Source: Octopus vulgaris
Taxonomy: Eukaryota
Assembly: GCA_951406725.2 (NCBI GenBank)
Contig: OX597839.1
Coordinates: forward strand, 8,742,001-8,806,000
DNA length: 64,000 nucleotides
Direction of reading: 5' to 3'
The notes under the pieces are model-generated. The model saw only the letters and a program-made list of their open reading frames with translations, did no database searches and had not been told where the DNA came from. The position numbers and the translations under genes are program-made. This document shows, piece after piece, positions 51,064 through 64,000 of this stretch. Positions within the stretch are counted from its first letter, which is position 1. Each line of letters opens with the position of its first letter.

Positions 51064-51389
51064 CTGTAAAAAGGTATCATGATTCACATACAATTCACCA
51101 GCGAAAGCAATGGAGGGGAAGCGAACGTCCTGAAAAGGGTACTTTAAATTGACTGGTATTTCACATGTTTAACTTCACGTAAGTAATAATCTACTTCAAG
51201 CATAAGATGATGTGAGATGGCATGAAATGGGATGTGATGAAGAGAGGACTCAGCCACGGTAACTTATCAATAGCATCACAATGTTTATTACAAGAACACG
51301 AATGAATCCAGAGATGCCCGAATGGAGCGTGCACAACTGATCAGAAGTCACCTATTCCTTCTTCAGTTACATAAAAGAGAAAGAAACCA

Positions 51390-51435
<46 letters not shown>

Positions 51436-51656
51436 CGTATTAGTGATAGGAATAAATATCGTTTTCTTATCACTTTAAAGTGTATAGCTTTTACACATAA
51501 ACGGACAGTATTTTGCTTTCTCAAATTTTCGGCTGGTCACGGAAGGTTCTGGAGGTTTATAAAAAGTGAGGCAACACCATCATTCATAAAAGCCAGCAAT
51601 GCTCTCTTATTATTCATTCTATCAGCTGCTGATAAAAGGTGAGGTATGTATATAAA

Positions 51657-51780
<124 letters not shown>

Positions 51781-53344
51781 CATACACACACACACACACA
51801 CATTTATTTCATTTAGGCATTCCAAGGTTAATAACCTGGTGTAGAACTCAATATACGCATATTTCAAAACAGAGTGCTAGATGAATATAGAGCAGTAATA
51901 AAAAAAGAGAGGAGAAAAAGAAATATATGATTATCTTATGGACTTCATTACCTTACAGCTATTTCTGCTATAAGATGTCATGGATTCAGCTCCAATGAAG
52001 CAATAAGGTGTTATTCAGGCACTCAACTATGAGCTCACTGCATCTGTAGCAGAAACAGCTGTGAGCCAATGAAGTTCATAATATAATAATTTATTCCTCT
52101 GTCACATCTCTTTCTTTTACACACACACACACACATATATATATATATTATATAATTTTATATACAAATTACCACTACAAACATAGAACCATGTCTAGGG
52201 GTAAGAAGTGTAGATTATATATGGTTATTTTAATGCATGCACAAATCTCACAACGTGAGATATTCAGCAGCAGTACTTTGTAGTAAAGACTGTTTGCCAA
52301 CACAGCATGGCAGTCCTGGTTTAGGACTAATGTTGCTGTAATTTAGCCCCAGGAGACATCATCTCAAGCTGGCTATACGACACAATCTGTGTCCTTATAT
52401 TTTCAAACAAGGGAATCTAGCATTCCCACTAGTGTTTTGAGCTGAGTCGGAGTACTAGATTCCCTTGCTCAAAAATATAAGGTCAGTTTTACTCAAAATA
52501 GATCTACAATCAAAAGATAAGCCAGTTATGACTCTTTTACTCTTTTTTCAGATACAGTGCATCTAGGTAGGATCACATTGTCCAAAGCCTCATTACCCTC
52601 TTCTTGTTGTTGTTGCCGCTGTTGTCATCACCAGAGGCGGTGAAACAACAGATGTATCTTGCTTAGTTGGTTACTTAGATTTCTCTGCGTTTTTCTCATT
52701 GTGAATTTGTTTCATCTCCTCATCTGACAAAGAAATTGTTAAACTGTCATTATCATCACCATCATCACCATAACCATCACCATCAACATTGCTGTTGTTA
52801 TTGCCACCATAACCCCAATCACAATCAATATCATTCTCTCATCAATCAACCACGATAGTCATCCACATCATCAATACAACCACTATTTCTATCACCATCA
52901 CCATCATCATTATAACTAACCATCAGTACTGTCTTCATAAGCAAAACTACAATCATCACTATAGTCATCATCACCATCATCAACAACAGGTTTTATGTAG
53001 GTTAAGTTACTTTCCTTTTTCTTTTTTTCTTTCTTTCTTCTTACCCACTGTCCCCTCACAAACTATGATGAAGTGGGTTGAACAGGTTTGCAATTGAGTG
53101 TTCCAGTATTGCCTTAACCATGGTAGCTAAAACAAATTCAACAACTAAAGCCCCAAACCTTGTCGACTTTATTCACAGCCTTCCATCACATTTCCTTAAT
53201 CCGACAAAGAGTACCCTACCCAAAACATCAAAACTACGTCTTTTACATCACATAAACTTACATCAACTTCGAGAATATTCTACACATGCAGGCAGCGTGA
53301 ATGTGAGGCTGAGTGTGAGTGGATATCTATCGGTCTCATACTTT

Positions 53345-53545
53345 TAGCACAGGGCCTGCAATTTGGGGGGGGGGCAGGTCAATTACATTGACACCAGTAT
53401 GCAACTGGTACTTATTTTGTCAACCCCAAAAGGATGAAAGACAAAGTCAACCTCAGCAGAATTTGAACTCAGAACATTCTGAGCAGACAACATGCTGCTA
53501 AGCATTTGGCCAAGCATGCTAACAGTTGTGCCAGCTCACTGCCTC
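53345..53545 (-). mobile_element. SINE B, variant tail, diverged
   Basis: B head and central domain. Confidence 0.75.
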
Positions 53546-53588
53546 ACGGGTGTATATTTATTAAACATAAAAATGTGAACTTATTCAC

Positions 53589-53627
<39 letters not shown>

Positions 53628-53861
53628 TTCATCTTCAATAAACACAGTCTAAAGAATATATAATTGACAAAAGAAGAGGAAGTATGTTAATTATTAACTG
53701 TCAATTACTTAAAATATAATATACAAAAAAAAAACTGTTAGGATAAATTTTTTTTAAATATCTTAATCAAAATATAAAAGAAATAAAAAAACACACTACA
53801 ATATGCTGTGTTTGCCAACTTCATCTCCCCTTCTTGACTAGAAAGATATGGCTATCCCATC

Positions 53862-53900
<39 letters not shown>

Positions 53901-54006
53901 TAGTTGACTAGAAAGATATGGCTATCACATCAACTATATATACATATATATATATGGAACAATAAGAATGAGTGTTCTATACTGCACTGGTGGATAAAGA
54001 TTCTTA

Positions 54007-54191
54007 ATTTGTGGATTAAGACTACCATTGGTTTCATGTTAAGGAAACCATTAACAATTAACAAGCCTATCACATGAAACATAAATGTTTCAATCCAAAA
54101 TGGAGACAAACACTGATGTTCCATGAGATAGACTTTGCAATTGTTAAGGGTTTCCTTAACATGAAACCATTGGTAGTCTTAGCCCACAAAT
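54007..54191. repeat. Palindromic foldback element (MITE-like)
   Basis: Inverted arms of about 90 bp. Confidence 0.8.
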
Positions 54192-54618
54192 ATACATATA
54201 TAAATATATATACACACACACATAGACTAGATACATAGAATTCCAAAATTTCTTTGATTCTTTAAGTTTAAATAATTTAGCTGGCCCACTCATTGCTCAC
54301 CATAACATACCACATAGACACAGACACACACACAAACACACACTTAAACAGCATATCCAGTTACACAATACATACACACAACCTGTGCAATACACAGGAG
54401 CCAATAGAGACATGCTGGAAATAGCAGCCAATCCTCAGTGTAAAATATCTCACACCCTACCATAAAGGAAAGGACACATTATACAATGTAACTGCAAATA
54501 GATGTGGTGGTCACTGTCGGAGCACCTTTCTTCATAGATCTGCCTACTCAATTAAAACTAACATGGAGCTAAACTATACACACATACACAACTCATATTA
54601 TATACACACATAACTCGA

Positions 54619-54663
<45 letters not shown>

Positions 54664-55468
54664 TCATCATCGTTTAACGTCCGCTTTCCATGCTAGCATG
54701 GGTTGGACGGTTCAACTGGGGTCTGGGAAGCCAGAAGGCTGCACATATATATATATATGGATCTCCATTGATTTCAATGATGAGTCCTCAATCAAGGGAA
54801 CTGCTCATTAAATTTGTATGTTAGTGGCTGAGTAACCCACAGACATGTGATACAAGGTGTGACAAGGCTAAGCGTTTGACTTGCAGCTGCAATCCCTCCA
54901 ATGGACTTCCTCGGTACATTTCCTGTTAACCCACCCTCACTCAAAAAATTTTGAGGTTGACCAGGGGCTACGATACATGACACTTGACCAAGATGCCAGA
55001 CAGTGGGATCGAACTCGGGGCCTCAAGGTTGCAAAGCAAACTACTTGACCATTTAGCTACGCTACATCCGCACAGCTACACATAACTACACACACATACA
55101 ACACAACACAACGCACACACATTACATACACTGCACACATATATATATACAAGACCACACTCACACACACACATCACCCCACCATTCTTTGAGTTTTGAT
55201 TTCTTCTCTATTTACTCATTGATCCCCTACTCCCACCCACCCCCACACACATGCACCAGTCTTGTTGTTCTCATTACTATTTGCTGTTGTTGTTGCTGTT
55301 GTTGTTGTTGTGTTGTTGATACAGTTTTTTGTAGTTGTTATAGTTTGTTTTGTCTCTCTAGTAGGGATGGGGTTTTTTCCCCTTCGTATTTCATAAAACC
55401 CTAACGCTTCCCACATACAGCCACACTGCACCCAACCCAACCCAACCACCTCACGATGGGTCAACAAC

Positions 55469-55502
<34 letters not shown>

Positions 55503-55772
55503 GGAAGAAACATACACTCACATACACCAATACACATGTATACAGAGACATACATACGAAAAAAGAAACCTCAAACATTCAAATATGTATATAAGATAGA
55601 TAGATAAGTATGCATATATTTATTAATATTTAGCAGAAGCAAAAGAATGACTCAAGGGCCGAGAGTTTTGTGTATTGGCACTTACCAAATGCACAAACGC
55701 ACAGGACTCTCATCCCGTGAGTCAGAGTCACTCTGTTGCTTCTGCTAAATATTAATAAAAATTACATACATA

Positions 55773-56215
<443 letters not shown>

Positions 56216-56366
56216 CACATATACTCACAAACACACATGCATGCACACATGCATACACATACAGACACTTTTACAATATTTATGCAATATAGCCAAGAAG
56301 GAAAAAAAAACAAAACAAAGTACACAGAATGATTTGGTCAAAGTACAGACTTGCTCCCTCAATCCC

Positions 56367-56839
56367 TCACTCCCCTGAGGAGTTGGCAATGGTATAGTCC
56401 TGACTCCTTGGCCGCTTACTGGGTGGTGGCTGGTAGCAATAGTTGCTGTTGTTGCTGACGATGTTGCTGCTGTTATTGCTATTGCTGCTGTTACTGTTCA
56501 AGGTAGCTCCAAGTCGGAAAGACACCGGCGGCATACTCATGCCACCCCAGCCCTTCAGTGAAGAAAAATCACCCACACTGGAGCCGCCATAGTCCGGCAA
56601 GGGGCCGCTGCCACTGCCAATGCCGCTGTTGTTGGTGCTGCTGCTGCTGCTGCTGCCTCCCCCTATTCCTCCTCCACTGCCGCTGACGAATGAGGACGAC
56701 AACGACGACGACAACATACTCCCATTAAAGAGGCCAGCCCCGCCAGGACCACCTCCTGCACTGAAACTGCTGAGAAGGAAACTACCTCGACCCTGGCCAC
56801 GACCTTGGAAACGGCTGCCTTGTAAACCTCTCGTTCCCC
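56367..56839 (-). CDS. Coding exon of an unidentified host gene; RG/Gly/Ser/Asn-rich low-complexity C-terminal region with a putative NLS
   Basis: GC-rich island; acceptor TTTATATCTTTGCAG|GG at 56840/56839; open frame [22 protein letters not shown]...[22 protein letters not shown]. Confidence 0.75.
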
Positions 56840-57247
56840 CTGCAAAGATATAAATAAAATACCAAATATAATACTCAAATAATTATTATAAAGTCATAGA
56901 AGGATTATTACATACAAAGCATACATATGTTAGTCATAAAACTTGAACTGGTATTAAATTGATCAACACTAAAAAAAAAATTCTACTTTCAAAGCAATAC
57001 TGAAATGTACCGAAACAGCTGTCACATAATATCTCATTGATAAAAAACATTTCATATACATATACACACACACTGAAACAACTGTAACCACAGAATTGCA
57101 TAAATTAAAGATAATACTATATATTCCAGTTTTTGTTTTAATATATACATTCTTCAACTTGTATAAAAAGTTTTTCTCTTTAAAGATAAAACACCTGCTT
57201 CATACTGATATAGCCAGAATAAGTAGATGTGCTTTATGAGGATTCGC

Positions 57248-57435
57248 CATGATAGATTGTTAGACACTAAACCTTTTTCTATTTTCTTTCCCTATTTATT
57301 TTTGCGTTCCTTTCTGTTGAAGAGCAGAGGCTCGAAACATAAAGGTCTTTCTCATTTCCCGAGCGTTAAACTAATATATCTGTCTGTTGTTTACACACCC
57401 GTCTTCGTCTTTTGGTTTTGTAAATTCTCACTATA
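57248..57435 (+). mobile_element. Family E repeat with hammerhead-like motif (57310-57345)
   Basis: CTTT-CTGTTGA-A-GAGC-AGAG-GCTC-GAAA-CATA-AAGG. Confidence 0.65.
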
Positions 57436-57629
57436 CATATATATATAATTATTAATATTTGAGGGAATAAAATCCAAAACTTACAAGGAAAAAAATTCAA
57501 TTTAGAAATACTAAATCAAATTTCACACAATATAATATATATATATTTCTATTATATGCAATTTTCTAGATGGTGTAATTTAATTGTTCATTTTGAATTG
57601 ATAAAAGGTGGTTTTTTTCTTATTTATAT

Positions 57630-58103
57630 ATCATCATCATCATCATCGTTTAACGTCCGTTTTCCGCGCTAGCATGGGTTGGACGGTTCGACCGGGGTCT
57701 GGGAAGCCAGGGGCTGCACCAGGCTCCAGTCTGATCTGGCAGAGTTTCTACAGCTGGATGCACTTCCTAACGCCAACCACTCCGGGAGTGTAGTGGGTGC
57801 TTTTTACGTGCCACCTGCACAGGTGCCAGGGGGGTCCGGCATCGGCCACATTCGAATGGTACTTTTTATGTGCCACCGGCACAGAAGCCAGTCTGGGTGG
57901 TGCCGGCATCGGCCACGCTCACATGGTGCTTTTTATGTGCTACCGGCACAGAAGCCAGTCGAGGTGCGTTGGCAACAGCCACGTTCGGATGGTGCTTTTT
58001 ATGTGCCACCAGCACAGGTATCACAACTACTATTTCCATTGATATTTATTTTGATGTTCATGTTCATGTAAATATCAATGGAAATAGTAGTTGTGATACC
58101 TGT
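57630..58103 (-). mobile_element. Family G element with several minisatellite units and a 5' foldback
   Basis: Homologous to other G copies; inverted repeat at 58014-58103. Confidence 0.8.
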
Positions 58104-58109
58104 CAGTGG

Positions 58110-58140
<31 letters not shown>

Positions 58141-58556
58141 ACGTCAGGCAGTGCAGGAATGGGTGTGTGTAAGAATTTCACTTCTGAAATGATTTTGGCT
58201 TCAGTCCACCTGCATGGGACATAATAATATATCCCAGGGCTTTGTGAATAAACTTGTTGGAAAGAAACTGCAAAGAAACCCATCATATATATAAAAACTA
58301 TGTAAATATATGTGAATGTGTGTGTGTGTGTGAGCATGCATGTTTGGTTATATTTATGTTCACTTCCATAAAAGTTGCAATGTTGTCAGCACTTCTGTCA
58401 ATAAATTGTCCAATCGCTTCATGCTTTCAAACCCATATGGAATAAAATCTTCCATGTTTAAAAAACAAGGGTTAGCATCAGAAAGGGCATTTGGATATAA
58501 AAACACTGCTTGAATAACATATTCATTGAAAAATGAACATAAAAATGAAAATAATA

Positions 58557-58967
58557 CTTTTTTACTCTTTTACTTGTTTCAGTCATTTGACTGCGGCCAT
58601 GCTGGAGCACTGCCTTTAGTCAAGCAAATCGAACCCAGGACTTATTCTTTGTAAGCATAGTACTTATTCTATCGGTCTCTTTTGCCAAACCGCTAAGTTA
58701 CAGGGATGTTAACACACCAGCATCGGTTGTCAAGCGATGGTGGGGGAACAATCAGACGCACAAACATATACACACACATACATATACATATATACATACA
58801 TACGACAGGCTTCTTTCAGTTTCCGTCTACCAAATCCACTCACAAGGCTTTGGTCAGCCCGAGGCTATAGTAGAAGACACTTGCCCAAGTTGCCACACAG
58901 TGGGACTGAACCCGGAAACATGAGGTTGGTAAGCATGCTACCTACCACACAGCCACCCCTGCGCCTA
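58557..58967 (-). mobile_element. SINE family A, full length
   Basis: Colinear with other A copies. Confidence 0.9.
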
Positions 58968-59131
58968 TTATCAATATTAACATTATTATCATTTAATAAT
59001 GACGATAATGATTTATAATACCTTTAATAATAATTGATACTAATAATTGATTGGGATTTATATCATAGATTCCAAGCAAGGCTTCAAAGATTAAAATAAT
59101 AATGATGATGATGATAATAGTAATAATAATA

Positions 59132-59807
59132 GAACAGACAATGCATCAGAAAGTGATAACTGCAGAATTTGTGGATAAAATGGTGAAACCGTATGGCATA
59201 TTACCAGCCAATGTACGCCACAAGCCCAGAAGGGATATAAGAGATGCCATGACAATATAGCAACACTTGTCTATTGGACACTTTGCCACAAGTATGGACT
59301 TGACAGAGCAAAATATTGGTATGACCACAAACCCAAAGGCATCATTGAAAATGATAATGCAAAGATCCTGTGGGATTTTATGATTCAGTGCGACCATGGG
59401 ATAGAGAATAGGAAGCCAGACATAGTGTTAATTTAGAAAGAAAACAAACTTTGTTGGATCAAAGATATAGCATGCCCAGCTGACAACAATGTATGCGATA
59501 AGGGAGAAAGAAATGTCAATAGATATGACAGGTTAGCTTGGGAGGTTAAGCAGTTGTGGTTGATGAAAAAGGTGGTAGTAGTACCAATAATTGTCGGAGC
59601 CCAGGGAACAGTGAGTAAAAATCTTGAGAAGTACATGGAACAAATAGGGGCTGCATTAAGGGTGGAGCACTTGCAGAAAACAGCACTGCTTGGAACCGCT
59701 CGAATATTCTGGAAGGTGCTCGAAAAATAAGAGGTGTTACCTTAGTTCACTGGTAGTGAACAGCTGACACTGTAATACATCTCCAGCGTTAGAAGCTGTG
59801 CAAAGGT
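59132..59807 (+). mobile_element. R4/Dong-type LINE 3' fragment (same family as 46330)
   Basis: CRICG..ETVWHITSQC zinc knuckle followed by the endonuclease domain; (TAA)n on both sides. Confidence 0.85.
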
Positions 59808-60617
59808 AATAATAATAATGATAATAATAATCTCTTCTGAGGGAAGATGTCAGTTAATACTATCAGCCCCAGTAGTAGACCAATACCCTATTTTATCAAC
59901 TGTGGAAGTCTTGGCAGGATTCGAACTCAGAATGTAAAGAGCTGCAATAAATGCAGGTATTTTTTCCCCGATACTTTTACTGCGCAGCTTCTTATCTTAT
60001 AACTCTGAGACTGAATCATGCAATTTCACCGAGGTTTTTCTTTAAACTTAGGAGATAACAAAAAAAATATTCTTGTTATACTGGCAAAATATTTATTCCT
60101 ATTACTGATGTTTGCGTATGCCTGCATGTGTGTGTGTGTGTGTATACCACATTCAAACACACACTTACTGAATCATTCACAATAACATTATAAACATTGG
60201 TATTGGCAAACAAAGAGAAAACAAATCCTACTAGAAAAGTTTCTCATTAAAAAAAAAAAAAACAAAAAAAAACAGACGATGAACATCAACAGGAAATGGA
60301 AGTACGTGCAGGTTTAGCATTCTGGTGTCTAGATACCGATATTACTCTTCTACAGGCATGAAAAGTACAATATGGGGAAAAGTTTAAAACAATAGACACC
60401 TCCATGCTGGTTGAAATATCTGATTGAAATAATGGCCAAATTCAGGGAAATCTCCAATAATTGTAGAAACAGGATATGAAACATGAATATAAATCCACAA
60501 AATTGTGGTGAAGACAATATTGGAAACAAACAATAGAGAAAACTCTATAATGAAAAGTAAACCACAATGGATAAATATGGAAAATGAAGATGACTCAAAG
60601 AAAAGCTTGGAAACATA

Positions 60618-61201
60618 TTCTTTTCTACCCTAGGCACAAGGTCTGAAATTTTGGGGGAGGGGGCCAGTCGATTAGATTGGCCCCAGTACACAACTGGTAC
60701 ATAATTTATCAACCCCGAAAGGATGAAAGGCAAAGTCGACCTCAGCAGAATTTGAACTCAGAACATAAAGACAGACAAAATACTTATTTCTTTATTGCCC
60801 ACAGGGGGCTAAACATAGAGGGGACAAACAAGGACAGACAAACGGATTAAGTTGATTATATCGACCCCAGTGCGTAACTAGTACTTAATTTATCGACCCC
60901 GAAAGGATGAAAGGCAAAGTCGACCTCAGCAGAATTTGAACTCAGAACATAAACACAGACAAAATACTTATTTCTTTATTGCCCACAGGGGGCTAAACAT
61001 AGAGGGGACAAACAAGGACAGACAAAGGGATTAAGTTGATTACATCGACCCCAGTGCGTAACTGGTACTTAATTTATTGACCCCGAAAGGATGAAAGGCA
61101 AAGTCGACCTCAGCAGAATTGGAACTCAGAACATAAACACAGACAAAATACTGCTAAGCATTTTGCCCGGCGTGCTAACGTTTCTGCCAGCTCGCCGCCT
61201 T
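60618..61201 (-). mobile_element. Tandem array of three SINE B units
   Basis: Junction AAATAC|TTATTTC; the 3'-most unit has the variant tail. Confidence 0.85.
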
Positions 61202-61554
61202 AGCATGGAAGCATATTACAAGAGAACTAGGCAATGAAGTCGGGCCATCAAATACCCTAAACCATATCAGGAAACATACACTATAAACTTAAAGTTTAGC
61301 ATCTCAACATTTTATCATAGAAGATATGAGAAACAATCTACAACCAACAATACATGGGATTGCATCTAAAAAGTTACCCTCTGAGGCACAAGTCCGGGCA
61401 AGGTTGTTTTATGGAAGACCAAAAGCAGCAGTTGCCCATGCATACCAGCCTCCACTCTCTACCCCACTGATGTTATCCAAGGGAAAGGGAAAGATCAATA
61501 CAATTGACAGAATTTGAACTCAGAAATAACGATATATTTATATATATATATATT

Positions 61555-61596
<42 letters not shown>

Positions 61597-62395
61597 TATA
61601 TATATACATACACACATATATACATATATACATACACATACACACATATATACATTCATTTTATAAATATTTTATACACACATATATACATATATACATA
61701 CACATACACACATATATACATTCATTTTATAAATATTTTATACACACATATATACATACATACATTAAAGAATTAATAAGCCTTACACACACACACGCAT
61801 GCACGCAAACAAAATTCCCAACAGGTTATATTGCAACAGATCCCCTATCAAAAATAATGGTGAATGGCAAATGAACAGGCTCTCCCACACCACCCTGCAC
61901 ACAACACACACACTAAACTACAAACATCAAGGTATGCATTCATTTATCTGTACACAGGGGCTGCATCGAATTCCAACACGTACACACATTTATATACATG
62001 AGAGGTGGGGGAGTGCTGGAATGTTGCTGGTTTTAAGGGTATCGCGAAAGGCTTGGTTGGAAGCCTGACATTCCCAGTTTTTACAGGGCTTAGGGAAACC
62101 TGAAGGACTGCTGCAATAGGTGTGTGAATCTGAGAGGGGAATATGTTGAATAAATCCATAATTAACTGATCCTCCTGAATTTTCTTTTACCCAAAAGCCA
62201 GGAACTTTTCAGCACCACCTTGTGCATGATAACATCATTTCTACACACTCTGTACACAAACATCAATATATACATCCCTACTGATGCCCATGTGTGTACA
62301 CACGCACACAAACATACATAGACACACATGCACATACGTGCACAGGTTCATGCTTGCACCTCAAACCATTAAACATTTAAATACACACACGTATG

Positions 62396-62703
62396 CATCT
62401 TTGATGCACATAGCTACACACACACGTATACATACACATCGACACATACAGACACAAATGCTCACACACATACATAGGTGCACATGTCCGCAGATATATG
62501 CACATGTGCACACACACATACAGTTGCAGATTTGCACAAAACACACATCTTTGATGCACATAGCTACACACACACACACACGTTTACATACACATCGTCA
62601 CATACAGACACAAATGCTCACACACGTACACAGGTGCACATGTACGCAGATATATGGACATGTGCACACACACATACAGTTGCAGATTTGCACAAAACAC
62701 ACA
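62396..62703. repeat. Tandem duplication of about 150 bp of CA-rich sequence
   Basis: CATCTTTGATGCACATAGCTAC...CAGTTGCAGATTTGCACAAAACAC twice. Confidence 0.85.
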
Positions 62704-64000
62704 CATACAAAGTGGATATATATACACACACACACACATATGCTTACACACACAAGTGCTCACATTCATATGCATATATTTAGAAGCAAGCAAACAATCA
62801 AATACATACACATGCATGCACACATGTGTGCATGCACGACATGCATGCATGTGTCTGCATGTGCAACTGGATGTCTCCCTGTTTTAAATTAAATTTCAAT
62901 GCAAACCATAAAAAAGAGGATCAGCACTTGCTGTGGTGTTTATGCACGTGCTATTAAACATTTGTGTACACTTATGCATTAAATGCACATCTGCTTTGCA
63001 TTTTATTTGCACCTGTAAAAACTTCCTCCTCCACCACCATCGCCAAAGAGCCCCAAATTTTTTTTTTGCTTCTCTTTTTGTTTGTTTTGCTGCCAAAATC
63101 ACAAAAATTTATGGAAAAAATCTTGATTTACTGTGAGAAGGTTTTTACTATATATGTGTTTGTGTGTGTATAAGTACACACACACACACATAGATATACA
63201 CACACAGATACACACACACACTCATAGATACACACACATAGATACACACACACTCATAGATACACACATACATGTGCACACATACACGTGCACACATACA
63301 TGTGCACACACATAGATACACACACACACACATAGATACACACATGCATGTGTACACATGCACATGCACACATACACGTGCACACGTACATGTGCACACA
63401 CATGTGCACACATACAGACACACACACACAAACGTGGTCACACACGTACGCACACACACACACACACACACATATATGTAGATGTACATATACATAGAGA
63501 TGTATTTTTAATGGTTCAATCAGGATGAAGGGACAGTGCCCCTCACCTTTGTAGGCCAGCTGTGATGATGACTAAGACAGTGAGAGAGAGAGAGAGAGCA
63601 AGAGAGCGGTGGGGGTTTCAATTTCAACATCTGTTAAATCAATGGCATTTGCATAAAAAAATGGGGGCAGGGTAGGGAAATACAGGGGTAGGAGAACAGG
63701 TGGTGGGTGGGCAATGAGACACAGTATAGGTAATGAGAGAAGAGGTGGAGAGAAAGGGAGAGACAAAGGGAGAATGTGTGAGGTGGTAGTGATGGTGGTG
63801 GTGGTGGGGGCAGTGGATATGAAGGCATGTGGGATATGAAGTTGGGAATGGAAGTCAAAGTAGTGGTAGGGAACACAAATTGAGGAGACAGGGCATATAT
63901 ATATATGGGCCAGAGATCACAGGGTGTGTGTCGGTGGGGGAGTGGCTGCCCCTTCAATCAGGTGACCATCTCTTAGATGTAATCTAAAAGGGTTTGTGCA

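Noticed and set aside
60306-60349. 44-bp minus-strand micro-exon, phase-compatible with the exon at 56839
   Set aside because: Weak donor (GTACTT) and an unrecognisable peptide; needs RNA-seq
61944-62215. GC-richer block with open minus-strand frames, a possible upstream exon
   Set aside because: No recognisable protein motif and ambiguous splice sites

Overview
AT-rich, microsatellite-dense animal DNA. The repeat families look like those of an octopod cephalopod; this is an inference from remembered repeats, not a database match. Nearly all supplied ORFs are artefacts of (TA)n/(CA)n/(TAG)n/(GAA)n tracts or SINE bodies. The window is mostly nested mobile elements. There are at least five tRNA-headed SINE families (my labels A, B, C, D, I) and an RTE-tailed element (G). 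DNA elements include non-autonomous Helitrons, a MITE with 8-bp TSDs carrying TTAGGG repeats, two mariner-type relics and a hAT transposase relic split by five insertions. Retroelement fragments include RTE, CR1, R4/Dong-type and Tx1-like LINEs and a Penelope GIY-YIG endonuclease. The only likely host gene is the 3' end of a minus-strand gene: a Gly/Ser/RG-rich exon at 56367-56839, possibly spliced to a short last exon at 51015-51063. The most notable signal is a recurring set of minimal type I hammerhead ribozyme motifs. One sits in the tail of a tRNA-headed SINE, which also occurs as a spacer-less head-to-head palindrome flanked by a single 9-bp TSD. Unrelated hammerhead-like motifs occur in other foldback elements. 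Coordinates were counted by eye, and element ends without TSDs are approximate.
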